Shown here: positions 36,301 through 46,164 of the stretch, in pieces
Position numbering within the stretch: position 1 is the first letter of the stretch
Layout: each line of letters begins with the position of its first letter
From: Verrucomicrobiales bacterium
GTDB lineage: Bacteria > Verrucomicrobiota > Verrucomicrobiia > Limisphaerales > J093
Assembly: GCA_024233305.1 (NCBI GenBank)
Contig: JACKPV010000023.1
Span: forward strand, 590,789-654,788
DNA: 64,000 bases
Direction of reading: 5' to 3'
Translations under genes and position numbers: made by a program
Notes under the pieces: generated by a model
Database searches by the model: none
Told to the model about the DNA's origin: nothing
Seen by the model: the letters and a program-made list of their open reading frames with translations, nothing else

Positions 36301-37212
36301 GTGACGGAGTGCGAAGTGATTCAAGGCCGGCGGATGGGCCCCGGGGATCTGACCCAGGTCAAGGACCTCCTGGCCCGGCATCCGGACTGGAGCCGATACC
36401 GTTTGAGCCGGGAACTGGCGCAGTTGTGGGCGTGGCGCAGCGCGGCGGGCCAACTCAAGGACATGGCCGCCCGGAGCCTGCTGCTCAAGCTCGAGCAGCG
36501 CGGCTGGATCACCCTGCCACCCTGCCGCTGGGCCTCGCCCAACCGGATGCGCCACAAACGCCCGCCCTCCCTGCCAGCGTCGTTCCATCCGGAGCCGCTA
36601 CCGGGCCCCTTGTCGGCGCTGCGACCGCTCAAGCTCAGCGAAGTCAGTGCCGGACCGGCGACCGAGCGGGCCCTGTTTGAAGGGTTGCTGCACCGCTATC
36701 ACTATCTGAGCCACCGCAGCCCGGTAGGGGAGAACCTCCAGTATTTGGTGCGGGAACGGGCCGGGCGACCGGTGGCCTGCCTGCTCTTTGGCGCGGCGGC
36801 TTGGCAGTGCGCCGATCGCGACCGCCACATCGGCTGGGATCGCGCCACGCGGGCGGCCCAGCTTCCTCTGATCGCCAACAACACGCGCTTCCTGATCCTG
36901 CCTTGGATTGGCGTGCCGGGACTCGCCAGCCATCTCCTGGCCCGCGTCAGCCGCCGGGTCCGGGCCGACTGGCAGCGCAAGTACGGGCACCCGGTTTATC
37001 TGCTGGAGACCTTTGTCGAGACCGGGCGTTTCGCCGGCACCTGTTATCGCGCGGCCAACTGGCAACGCGTTGGTCAGACCAAAGGTCGTAGCCGGCAGGA
37101 CTCCCCGGAGGGCGGAGCGCTGCAGGTCCCTCGCAAAGACGTCTATCTCTACCCGCTGATTCCCCGCTACGCCGAACGCTTGCGGGCAGTCCCCAACCCC
37201 ACCCATCCATGA
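36301..37212 (+). CDS. DUF4338-domain protein (IS accessory ORF)
   Basis: YHYLSHRSPVGENLQYLVRERAGRPVACLLFGAAAWQCADRDRHIGW...FLILPWIGVPGLASHLL...GHPVYLLETFVETGRFAGTCYRAANWQRVGQTKGR. The stop overlaps the transposase start (ATGA at 37209). Confidence 0.75.
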   Translation: MTECEVIQGRRMGPGDLTQVKDLLARHPDWSRYRLSRELAQLWAWRSAAGQLKDMAARSLLLKLEQRGWITLPPCRWASPNRMRHKRPPSLPASFHPEPLPGPLSALRPLKLSEVSAGPATERALFEGLLHRYHYLSHRSPVGENLQYLVRERAGRPVACLLFGAAAWQCADRDRHIGWDRATRAAQLPLIANNTRFLILPWIGVPGLASHLLARVSRRVRADWQRKYGHPVYLLETFVETGRFAGTCYRAANWQRVGQTKGRSRQDSPEGGALQVPRKDVYLYPLIPRYAERLRAVPNPTHP

Positions 37213-37836
37213 GCCCAGAAATCCCCCCCTCCGTTCCTCGCCGCTCCCGCCGACCCCACGTTAAAGTCCGCCGCGAGCAGCGCCGCCAAGCCCAAGAACA
37301 ACAACCCCTCACCGAGGAGATCCTGACGGCGGGCCAGGCGGCGGCGCAAGCCGCTGCCACCCTCTCCCAAGTGTGCCTCACCGAGGCCGAAGTGGCCGCC
37401 TGGCGCCAGGACCTGGAAAAGCGACTGGCCAGCCTCCAGGAGCACCCCGAACAGAACCTGGGCTTCATCGAGGAGCAACTCGCCCTGGCCAGCCGGGAAT
37501 CCATCCGCCTGCTGGCCGAGCGGGCCGCCCAGGCCAAGGCCAACGCCACCCCTTGCCAGTGCCTCACCTGCCAGCAACCCCTGCGGCGGCAGCGCTATCT
37601 GGCCCGCACCATCGAGTCGCGCTTCGGCCCCTTGCGGGTGTTCCGCAACTACGGCTGGTGCCCCAAGTGCGACGCGTGGCAGTTCCCGGCCGATCCCGCC
37701 TTGGCATTGAGTCGCCATGCCCCCGCTTCCCCCTATGTCCAGGAGATGGCCGCGCTGCTGGTAAGCAAAATGCCCCCCGAGCAGGCCGTGCCGGTGGCCC
37801 AACGCATGGGACTCCAACTCTCCCGCTGCACCCTCG
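37209..37836 (+). pseudogene. ISKra4-family transposase, N-terminal fragment (split by the IS21-like insertion)
   Basis: It carries the Zn-finger-like CQCLTCQQPLRRQRYLARTIESRFGPLRVFRNYGWCPKCDAWQFPAD. The reading frame continues exactly at 41709 once 37837..41708 is removed. Confidence 0.75.
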
Positions 37837-37949
37837 TGCGTAGCGACAATTAAAACTTTCCAGTGACGATTATCGGATTGGCGGTGGTTTGGGGATGATG
37901 AGGCGGCGGCCCCGCCCGAGGCCAGAAGGCCTCGGGGGGGCTGCCGCGA

Positions 37950-38460
37950 ATGATCACCAAACAACATTACCGAAAACTGATGAGCGAGTATCAAGAGACT
38001 GGAAACGTGAGCGTGAGCGCCATGAAGGCGGGGATGAGCCGGCCGACGGCGCAGAAGTATCTGAAGGCGGGTCAACCGCCGCAGGAACTTCAAGGGAAGC
38101 ACACTTGGCGGACGCGGGAGGATCCTTTGGAGGAGATCTGGCCGCAGGCTTTGGTGATGCTTGAGGAGAGCCCGGATCTGGAGGCGAAGGCTCTCTTCGA
38201 ATACCTGGGGGAACGGTCGCCGTGGGCGGTGCAGGAGAAGCAACTGCGGACCTTTCAGCGGCGGGTCAAGGTGTGGCGTCTGCAACATGGGCCGGACAAG
38301 GAGGTCTTTTTTCCTCAGGACTGGGAAGCCGGACGGGCGATCCAGTTGGACTGGACCAATGCGAACGAGCTGGCGGTGACTATCAGCGGGCAGCCATACG
38401 AGCACCAGCTTTGCCACTGCGTGTTGCCCCATTCCAACTGGGACTGGGCCACCCGGTGTT
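37950..38460 (+). pseudogene. istA: IS21-family transposase IstA, N-terminal fragment
   Basis: The HTH N-terminus is MITKQHYRKLMSEYQETGNVSVSAMKAGMSRPTAQKYLK. It is intact to ...HSNWDWATRC and then runs into the IS3-like left end. Confidence 0.75.
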
Positions 38461-38520
38461 TGGATCTCCCCCGATTTCGTGGACAGGGAGGGCGCAGTCA
38501 GCGAAGAAAGACCGACTGAC

Positions 38521-38853
38521 ATGCCCAAAACCAGACCTGCCTACACCGAAGAGTTCCGCCAGCAGGCGGTCCAACTGCTCCTGGACAGCGGTCGCCCCCT
38601 GGACCGGGTGGCCGCCGAACTGGGCGTCTCCGCCAACTCCCTCCGTTCCTGGCGGGACCGTTCCCTGGGCCGGGGGCGTGGAGCGCAGGCCCCTTCGACG
38701 CAGTCGAAGGGCCGGAGCGCAACGCCCCCGGCCCACGCCGCCGAGCAGATCCGCCAGCTCCACCGCGAGGTCCAATACCTCCGCCGCCAGCGCGACATCC
38801 TAAAAAAAGCCATGAGCATACTGGCCGGGGAACCGCAGGGCAGTATGCACTGA
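38521..38853 (+). CDS. IS3-family OrfA (HTH + leucine-zipper-like)
   Basis: MPKTRPAYTEEFRQQAVQLLLDSGRPLDRVAAELGVSANSLRSWR...QLHREVQYLRRQRDILKKA. Confidence 0.85.
   Translation: MPKTRPAYTEEFRQQAVQLLLDSGRPLDRVAAELGVSANSLRSWRDRSLGRGRGAQAPSTQSKGRSATPPAHAAEQIRQLHREVQYLRRQRDILKKAMSILAGEPQGSMH
38802..38808 (+). promoter_or_regulatory. A7 slippery run, candidate programmed -1 frameshift site for the OrfAB fusion
   Basis: AAAAAAA followed by G lies within orfA. The -1 frame is open from here (KKSHEHTGRGTAGQYALIDQLRSHFPL) into orfB, as is usual for the IS3 family. Confidence 0.55.
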
Positions 38854-38861
38854 TCGATCAA

Positions 38862-39728
38862 TTGCGGTCCCACTTTCCCCTCACCGAGCTCTGTGATGCC
38901 CTCGCCGTTTCCCGCTCCGGTTACCACGCCTCCCGCCGCCGCCAGCCCGGGCCCCGCGCCCGCCAGCAGGTGGTCCTGCTCCAGGCCATTGAGAAGGTCC
39001 GCGCCCATCGCCATGCCCGCTGTTACGGCAGTCCCCGGATGACTCATCAACTCCGTCGCCAGGGCCATCAGGTCTCCGAGAACCGTGTCGCCCGCCTCAT
39101 GCGCGCCAACCACCTGCGCGCCCGGCCCCGGCGTCCCTACCGACCCAAGACCACCCAGCCCGACCACGCTGCCTGTCCCTCCCCCAACCTCCTGGCCAGC
39201 GCGCCCGCCCCTACCGCCCCAGGCCAGCAACTGGTCAGCGACATCACCTACATTCCCACCGCCGAGGGCTGGCTCTACCTGGCCCTGGTCGTGGATCGTT
39301 TCAGCCGCAGCGTCTTTGGCTGGCACTTGGCCGACTCCCTTCACGCGGACCTGGTTTGCCACGCCCTGGACCACGCCCACCGCACCGGCCTGATCGGCCC
39401 CCAAGCGATCTTCCACTCCGATCGGGGCTGCCAATACACCGCCGCCCTCCTGCGCGGCCAACTCGCCCGCCTGGGCCTGCGCCAGAGCATGAGCGCCCGA
39501 GGGCATTGCTATGACAACGCCATGGCCGAAAGCGTCTTTGCCGCTCTCAAGGCCGAGGCCCTGCCCCCCGAGCAGCCCTTCGCCTCCCGGGCCCTGGCCC
39601 GCAGCGCCCTCTTCGACTACCTCGAAACCTTCTACAACCGCCAGCGCCTGCACAGTTCGCTCGGCTACCGGCCACCCCGAGAATTCCTGGATCTCTACTT
39701 CCAAACCCACCCTCTTGCACTACACTGA
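38862..39728 (+). CDS. IS3-family OrfB (DDE integrase core)
   Basis: VSDITYIPTAEGWLYLALVVDRFSRSVFGW, IFHSDRGCQYTA and HCYDNAMAESVFAALKAE give the D, D, E context. It is probably expressed as OrfAB by a frameshift at 38802..38808. Confidence 0.88.
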   Translation: MRSHFPLTELCDALAVSRSGYHASRRRQPGPRARQQVVLLQAIEKVRAHRHARCYGSPRMTHQLRRQGHQVSENRVARLMRANHLRARPRRPYRPKTTQPDHAACPSPNLLASAPAPTAPGQQLVSDITYIPTAEGWLYLALVVDRFSRSVFGWHLADSLHADLVCHALDHAHRTGLIGPQAIFHSDRGCQYTAALLRGQLARLGLRQSMSARGHCYDNAMAESVFAALKAEALPPEQPFASRALARSALFDYLETFYNRQRLHSSLGYRPPREFLDLYFQTHPLALH

Positions 39729-39781
39729 ACTCAACAAAACCCTGCGCCCCGCCTGTCCACTTTTTCGGGGGAAGACCAGTT

Positions 39782-40770
39782 TGTCGGAGTCGCTGCTGTC
39801 CTGCCGCCAGGGGCTCCAGGAAGCGCTGCAGCGCTTGGGCAAGGTGCCGCGGGAACTGCGGGTGGACAACAGCAGCGCGGCGACACACCGCGTCGGTGGC
39901 GGCGGGACGGGGCGTGAGTTCAATGAGCAGTTCGCCTCGCTCTGCGCCCATTACGGGCTGGTGCCGCGCACCATCGGGATCGACCGTCCCAACGAGAACG
40001 GGGATGTCGAGTCGAGCAACGGACATCTGAAGCGGCGCTTGCGGCAGCACTTGCTCTTGCGCGGCAGCCGGGACTTCGAGTCGGAAACGGCCTACGAGCG
40101 ATTCCTGGAGCAGGTGTTGGAGCGTGGCAATCGAAGCCGGCAGGAGAAGGTGGCCGCCGAGTTGGCGGTGATGAAGCCGCTGCCGCCGACGCGGTTGAGC
40201 GAGTATGACGAACTGACCTGCACCGTTGGGATGGCCAGCACGATTCGGGTCAAGAAGGTGGGCTACTCGGTGCCGGCGCGCTTGATTGGCCAAGAGCTCA
40301 AAGTGGAGGTGTACGAGCGCGAGCTCAGGCTCTACAGCGGGCGGGAGTTGTTGCTGGTTCTACCGCGCCAGGGTGGAGATCGGGGTGTGGTGCTCGATTA
40401 CCGCCACGTAATTGACCATCTGTTGCGCAAGCCCGGGGCCTTCGAGCGGTATCGCTATCGGGAGCAGTTGTTTCCCAGCCGGTCGTTTCGGCAAGCGCAC
40501 GATCACCTGGTCGGCAAACACGGTCAGCGTGGTGGCGCGGTCGAGTATTTGCGGTTGCTGAAGTTGGCCAGTGAGGTGGGCGAGAGCGACATCGAAGTGA
40601 TGCTGGCCGATTATCTGACCCCGCCTTATCCGGCCTGGAGTGTTCAGGAACTACGACGCCTCTTGCAGCCCGAGTCCCGGCCGGTGATCGAGCTGATCGA
40701 ACTGCAGCCGGAGTGCCATTCGTATGACGCGCTGTTGAGTCCAGAAACGGAGGTGGCCCATGCCGGCTGA
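39782..40770 (+). pseudogene. istA: IS21-family transposase IstA, C-terminal fragment
   Basis: It resumes with SESLLSCRQGLQEALQRLGKVPRELRVDNSSAATH...PNENGDVESSNGHLKRRL, the DDE region of IstA. Confidence 0.75.
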
Positions 40771-41608
40771 AGGACTGACGGTGCTCTTGCGCGCCTTCCG
40801 CCTGCCGACCATGGCGGCGATTTGGTCGGAGAGTGTCATCCGCGCTGAGCGGGAAGACTGGGGCTACCAACGGTTGCTGCAGCATCTGTGCGAGAGCGAG
40901 GCCCAGGATCGGCGTGAGCGCAAGGTGCAACGGTTGCTCCACGAATCCGGACTGCCGGAGGGCAAGACCCTGGGCAACCTGGAGGAGAAGTTGCTGCCGG
41001 TGAAGATCCGACGGTTGCTGCCGACGCTCCTGGAGGGCCGGTTTGTCGACCGCGGGGAAAACCTGCTGGTCTTTGGTTTGCCCGGGCGTGGCAAGACGCA
41101 CTTCTTGGCGGCGGTGGGCCGCGAGTTGGTTTTGCGTCATCGTTACCCGGTCCTGTTCACCCCGACGTTCAAGCTGGTGCAACGGTTGCTGGCCGCGAAG
41201 CAGGAACTGCGTTTGGAGAGCGAGCTCAAACGGCTGGATCGCTTTGCCGCCGTGATTTTGGACGATATCGGCTACGTGCAGCAGGATCGGCAGGAGATGG
41301 AGGTTCTCTTCACCTTCCTGGCGGAGCGCTATGAGCGGCGCAGCGTGCTGATCAGCAGCAATTTGGTCTTCTCCAAATGGGACCAGATTTTCAAGGACCC
41401 GATGACGACGATGGCGGCGATCGACCGTTTGGTGCATCACGCCACGATCCTGGAGTTCAACAACGAGAGCGTACGCGGGCAGCAGGCGCGCGGTCGGCAG
41501 AAGGGCCAGGCCGACGCACCCGAAGGCCCCTTCGGCTCCACTCCGTCTTTGGCGCCTGACGGCGCCAAAGACTCCGTTCCGCCGAAGGGGCCTTCCCCCC
41601 AAGACTAA
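40760..41608 (+). CDS. istB: IS21-family helper ATPase IstB
   Basis: Walker A is GLPGRGKTH and Walker B is AVILDDIGY. ISSNLVFSKW...DRLVHHATILEF is also present. Confidence 0.88.
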   Translation: MPAEGLTVLLRAFRLPTMAAIWSESVIRAEREDWGYQRLLQHLCESEAQDRRERKVQRLLHESGLPEGKTLGNLEEKLLPVKIRRLLPTLLEGRFVDRGENLLVFGLPGRGKTHFLAAVGRELVLRHRYPVLFTPTFKLVQRLLAAKQELRLESELKRLDRFAAVILDDIGYVQQDRQEMEVLFTFLAERYERRSVLISSNLVFSKWDQIFKDPMTTMAAIDRLVHHATILEFNNESVRGQQARGRQKGQADAPEGPFGSTPSLAPDGAKDSVPPKGPSPQD

Positions 41609-41708
41609 CCCTGGAGAACAGGTGAGGAGAGGAGGATTTCATCCCTGAGCCACTGGCAAAAAATAGTTGTCGCCGGTGCAAAGGAATAATTGTCGTTGAC
41701 CACCCTCG

Positions 41709-42676
41709 ACCGGGAGGCGCATCGCCAGGGCCTGCGGGCCCAGAGCTTGCGGGCCGCCCACTTGAGCCAACTCGACACCTCGGAGCAACTCCAAGGCTTG
41801 GTGGCCGGCCGCGAGGGGCCGCCTTCCCAGCCCTTCACCCTGGTCATTGAAATTGACGCGTGGAACATCCGCGAACGCGACCACTGGGGACAGACCGAGG
41901 CGTTGCGCGCCCAGGGCGAGAAACTCTCCCGCTGGCACTGGGTTTACGTGGGCACTGTCTTCCGTCTCGATCATCGCGCCCAAACCGCCGGGGGCCGACC
42001 GCTCATCAGCCAGCGGGCCTATGCCGTCACCCGCGGCGGCGTCGAGGCGCTGATCCGGCAGATCTACTACGAAGCCTTACGCCTCGGGATGGGGCAGGCC
42101 CAGGAGGTGCTGGTCATCGCCGACGGGGCCCTCTGGATTTGGAAGGCGGTGGCGGATCGTTTTCCCGATGCCCGCCAACGGCTCGACCTCTATCACGGCG
42201 AGGAACATCTCTGGGCTGTCGCTCGCGAGCTTTACGGCCAGGGCACGCCTGAAGCCCGGGCCTGGGTTGTCCCGCTGCTTGAACAGCTCCGCCGCGACGA
42301 GAGCCCCGCACTCATCCGGAGCCTGAAGGAACTCCAGCCCCGCCTGACCGAAAGCCTGCAGGAAAAGGTGCAGCAGCAAATCGACTACTTCGACAACAAC
42401 GCCCACCGCCTCCAATACCGGGACATCCTCCGCGCCCGCAAGGCCGTGAAGGAAGGAAATGCCACGGCCGCCCAGATCCGCAAAGCCAACGAACCCTTGG
42501 GCTCAGGCGCCATCGAATCGACCTGCCGCCAGTATCAGTGTCGTTTCAAACGCACCGGCCAGTTCTGGTCCACCGCCGGTGACGAGGCCCTGATGGGCTT
42601 GGAGACCTTCTGGCGCAACGGTCGCTGGCACGAGCTCTTCCCCCACGCCGAACTCACCTCCCCTCACCTCAACTAA
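41709..42676 (+). pseudogene. ISKra4-family transposase, C-terminal fragment
   Basis: DREAHRQGLRAQ...IEIDAWNIRERDHWGQ...VLVIADGALWIWKAVADRFPDARQRLDLYHGEEHLW...FWSTAGDEALMGLETFWRNGRW is the DDE region typical of ISKra4-type transposases. Confidence 0.75.
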
Positions 42677-43015
42677 ACACCCCACACCCTGGACCGCATC
42701 CCCTCCCGCCAAAAACCTGAGATGCGCACGTCTGTGGCCGGCGGTCTGGTGGTTGAAGAATCTGACAGATTAGAAGTTGATGACACGGCTTCCATGGCGT
42801 TCTCTTCCGAGGATTCCTCCAAAACCCCTTCTTCCTTCTTCGGGATACGCTTCTCGGGCGGCGCGCCGATCCTCATGTTCCAAAGAGTCGCGACAAAAGT
42901 GAAAGTGCGCATCTCAGTGTTTTCCGACTCCGTGCGGCCCGAAGAGTCGGAGCGCGGAATTCATTCCGCAGACCCCGCCGGGAGTCAACCTTGCTGCGGA
43001 GTGAATTCCGCGCTC

Positions 43016-44971
43016 GTGCGCCTGTGAGGGCGTCCATATTGCGAGGTGAAAGTCCTCGTCAGGCGGTTCATTCACCCGCCTGTGACCGAAGGCTACTGCG
43101 TCGTGGCAACACGGGGTGGAGAGCTGCCGGAGGTGAACCATCGGTCCGTAACGAAGCGAAGTGAGACAACGAAGCCATGTGAACCCGATTCGGCCACGCC
43201 GAGCGGCGAGCCTGCGAGCGCTGTGCGAAGCCCAGGCCATGACCCAAGTGGGAGGACTTCCCTCGGTCGGCACCAGGCGACCGGGTCTTCTGGCTGGCGG
43301 TCCCGGCAGAGGAAGAGTGGATGGAGACAAATGCCCGGACTGGCGCGGTGGGGTGGTTGGGGACGGAACGATGGGAAGCATGGGCGAAGGAAGCAGGGAG
43401 ACCCGTCGGGGAACAGAACGGTGTTCATGGCCGCAAGGTCCGAAGAGCCGCCCGGCGGGAGTCAGAGCGTCCATAGTAGCGAGGAAGCGGGGTAACGCCC
43501 GGGGAGCGAAGGGGCGCAGGGAAGTGGAGACGGAACGACCATGACGAACGACGAACGCCAAGAACGACCGGCGATAGTGTCTGGGGCAACCCAGGCTAAA
43601 CAAGCCGGAGAGGTCCGCGCCCCTGGGTGGTGGATCCAACGTTCGGTATGGACGGACCGGATGCTAACACGGCTCGCCCAAAGCGGGTCGACAACGGTAT
43701 GGTTCGGACTCTGGGACAAAGTCTGCGCGCTGCGGAACCTGCAGGCCGCTTTCCACGCGGTATGGCGGAACCGGGGTGCTCCCGGAGTGGATGGACAAAC
43801 GGTGCAACAGTTCGACCAACAGGGGACGAGCGAATTGGCCCGCCTGGGGGAAGAATTGCGCACCGGGAGCTACCGCCGCCAACCGGCGCGGCGCGTCTGG
43901 ATCGGGAAAATGGGCACGACCGAGAAGCGACCGCTGGGCATCCCGGCGGTGCGGGACCGGACCGTGGAAGCGGCCTTGCGCAATGTTCTGGAGCCGATCT
44001 TGGAGCGGGACTTTGCCGAGTGCAGCTATGGGTTTCGACCGGGACGTGGCTGTCGGGAAGCGGTGGGAAGGGTGGAAGAGTGGATGAGCCAAGGCTACGT
44101 CTGGTGCGTGGACGCGGACCTCAAGAGCTACTTTGACACCATTCCGCATGAGGGACTGATGGCGTTGGTCAAACAGCGAGTGGTGGATGGCAGGGTCCTG
44201 GCGCTGGTGGAACAATGCCTGAAGGCCGGCGTGCTGGAAACGCTCAAGGGCTGGCAGCCGACCGAACGCGGGACCCCGCAGGGGGCCGTGATCAGTCCGC
44301 TCCTGGCGAACCTGTATCTCAACCCGTTGGACCAGGAGATGGAACGGCGGGGCTGGGCGATGGTGCGCTATGCGGATGATTTGGTGGTGCTGTGCCGGAG
44401 CCGGGAAGCGGCCGAGACGGTGCTGGACTATCTGCGGGAGTGGACCACGGGAGCGGGGCTGACCCTGCACCCGACCAAGACCCGGATAGTGAACGCCACC
44501 GACGAGGGATTCGATTTCCTGGGCTGGCACTTCCGCGGGGGGAAGAAATGGCCGCGGAAGAAGAGCCGCAAGAAGCTGCAGGAGCGGTTGCGACCGCTGA
44601 CGCGACGGACCCACGGGCGAAGCCTGGGGGAAATCATCGCGAAAGTGAACCCGATCCTGCGGGGTTGGCTCGGCTACTTCCGGGACAGTTACCCGACGGG
44701 CCTGAGTGGCCCGGATGGGTGGCTGCGCCGCCGCTTGCGGGCGCTGCTGCGCAAGCGGGAGAAGCGGCCCGGACACGGGCTGAGTGAAGCCGACAGCCGA
44801 CGCTGGCCGAACCGCTGGTTTGCGGCGCAGGGCTTGTTTAGTCTGGAACATGGCTCGCGCGCTTACAGTTAGTCTCGCCGAGACCCCACTGACCGGAGAG
44901 CCGTATGCGGGAAATCCGCCCGTACGGTTCGGAGGGAGGGGTGGCGCTAATCCCGTCATCCCTACCCCTAT
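43016..44971 (+). mobile_element. Group II intron, copy 4 (1956 nt)
   Basis: Same ends and length as the other copies. It is inserted after the hairpin at 42950..43015. Confidence 0.9.
43541..44872 (+). CDS. Group II intron reverse transcriptase/maturase
   Basis: 443 aa. This is the apparent consensus of the four copies. It has one synonymous difference near 43670 (ACA versus ACG). Confidence 0.92.
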   Translation: MTNDERQERPAIVSGATQAKQAGEVRAPGWWIQRSVWTDRMLTRLAQSGSTTVWFGLWDKVCALRNLQAAFHAVWRNRGAPGVDGQTVQQFDQQGTSELARLGEELRTGSYRRQPARRVWIGKMGTTEKRPLGIPAVRDRTVEAALRNVLEPILERDFAECSYGFRPGRGCREAVGRVEEWMSQGYVWCVDADLKSYFDTIPHEGLMALVKQRVVDGRVLALVEQCLKAGVLETLKGWQPTERGTPQGAVISPLLANLYLNPLDQEMERRGWAMVRYADDLVVLCRSREAAETVLDYLREWTTGAGLTLHPTKTRIVNATDEGFDFLGWHFRGGKKWPRKKSRKKLQERLRPLTRRTHGRSLGEIIAKVNPILRGWLGYFRDSYPTGLSGPDGWLRRRLRALLRKREKRPGHGLSEADSRRWPNRWFAAQGLFSLEHGSRAYS

Positions 44972-45098
44972 CGAAAAAGCTGAGATGCGCACAAAGTGAA
45001 ACAGCGGTCTTGGTTTTTTGGCGTGGGGCACATAAGCTCTGGTCATTGAACCCGAGGACAGCGCCCGGCGCGTCTGACCGATTGAAAGCACATATTCC

Positions 45099-46103
45099 AT
45101 GAAGCAACGACCCCTTGGCAGTTCCGGATTGAACGGTTCCGTGGTGGCGCTCGGCGCGTGGGTCCTGGGCGGCGGACGGTTTTGGGGCACGGATCCCGAT
45201 GACCGCGAGTCGATCCGCGTCGTGCAGACGGCGCTGGATCTGGGCATCAACCTCATCGACACGGCGCCTGCCTATGGTTGGGGCCGGAGCGAGCGCATCG
45301 TTGGCCAAGCCCTGCGCGGCCGGCGCGACCAGGCCATCGTGGCCACCAAATGCGGTTTGTGGGCCGACGACGAGCGCGGTTCGTTCTTCGCCGAACTGGA
45401 TGGGCGGCGGGTACATCGCAGCCTGCGGCCGGACACGATTCGGATCGAGATCGAGCGCAGCCTCGGCAACCTCGGCATCGACTGCATCGACCTCTACCAG
45501 ATCCACTGGCCGTCGGCGCCGCCGGAGCAGACGGCGATTGCGGACACGATGGCCTGCCTGCTCGGACTGCGCGATCAGGGCAAGGTCCGGTTCCTCGGGG
45601 TCTGCAACGTCTCCCTCGCCGAGCTGCAGGAGTATCAGCGGTGCGGGGCGATCGTGAGCGACCAGTTCCGGTATTCCATGCTGCACCGGCAACCGGAGAC
45701 CGACATCCTGCCCGCCTGCGCGGAAAGCGGCCTGGCGACGCTCACTTACATGTCGCTGGAGCAGGGGTTGCTCACCGGCAAAGTGGGTTTGGAACGGGAG
45801 TTCAAGCCGGACGAATTCCGCTCGAACGAGGCCTGGAACCCGTGGTTCACCCGCGCCAACCGCCGTCGGGTGCTCGACCTGCTGGCCGGTTGGCGGGAAC
45901 TGACGGACAAATACGACTGCACGCTGGCCCAGTTGGCGCTCGCCTGGACGCTCGCGCAGAAGGGAGTCACGCACGTGCTGGCCGGCGCCCGGACCGAGAC
46001 GCAATTGCGCGAGAATGCCGAGGCCGGAAACCTGGCCATCGAAGCCGCGGATCTCGATCGCATGCGCGGCGATATTCTCCGACTGGGGGAACCCGACGCC
46101 TGA
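45099..46103 (+). CDS. Aldo/keto reductase family oxidoreductase
   Basis: MKQRPLGSSGLNGSVVALGAWVLGG...LDLGINLIDTAPAYGWGRSERIVGQAL...ATKCG...IDLYQIHWP. Confidence 0.88.
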   Translation: MKQRPLGSSGLNGSVVALGAWVLGGGRFWGTDPDDRESIRVVQTALDLGINLIDTAPAYGWGRSERIVGQALRGRRDQAIVATKCGLWADDERGSFFAELDGRRVHRSLRPDTIRIEIERSLGNLGIDCIDLYQIHWPSAPPEQTAIADTMACLLGLRDQGKVRFLGVCNVSLAELQEYQRCGAIVSDQFRYSMLHRQPETDILPACAESGLATLTYMSLEQGLLTGKVGLEREFKPDEFRSNEAWNPWFTRANRRRVLDLLAGWRELTDKYDCTLAQLALAWTLAQKGVTHVLAGARTETQLRENAEAGNLAIEAADLDRMRGDILRLGEPDA

Positions 46104-46164
46104 CCCACGGCATCGACGGGACGCAAGCTGGACCGCAAAACGAACGCCCACTCTCTGCAATCGC

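Larger units (their letters stand above)
38461..39778 (+). mobile_element. IS3-family element (1318 bp)
   Basis: The ends are TGGATCTCCCCCGATTTCGTGGACAGG and, on the reverse complement of the right end, TGGTCTTCCCCCGAAAAAGTGGACAGG (TG...CA). The 3-bp direct repeat GTT lies at 38458..38460 and 39779..39781. Removing the element restores istA (..TRCLSESLLSCRQG..). Confidence 0.88.
37837..41700 (+). mobile_element. IS21-family element (istA/istB), itself split by an IS3-like element
   Basis: The 8-bp direct repeat CACCCTCG lies at 37829..37836 and 41701..41708. The subterminal inverted repeats are CGACAATTA and TAATTGTCG. The element is about 2.5 kb without the nested IS3. Confidence 0.8.
36179..42729 (+). 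mobile_element. ISKra4-like insertion sequence (two-gene: DUF4338 ORF + DDE transposase), disrupted by nested IS21-like and IS3-like elements
   Basis: The termini are GTGCGCATCTCAG (36179..36191) and CTGAGATGCGCAC (42717..42729). The 9-bp direct repeat GTCTGTGGC lies at 36170..36178 and 42730..42738. The same termini bound the MITEs. Confidence 0.85.
42905..44992. mobile_element. 132-bp MITE (42905..43015 + 44972..44992) carrying group II intron copy 4
   Basis: The termini are GTGCGCATCTCAG (42905..42917) and CTGAGATGCGCAC (44980..44992). The 9-bp direct repeat AAAGTGAAA lies at 42896..42904 and 44993..45001. The MITE body is the reverse complement of the 15529 copy (128 of 132 identical). 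Confidence 0.85.
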
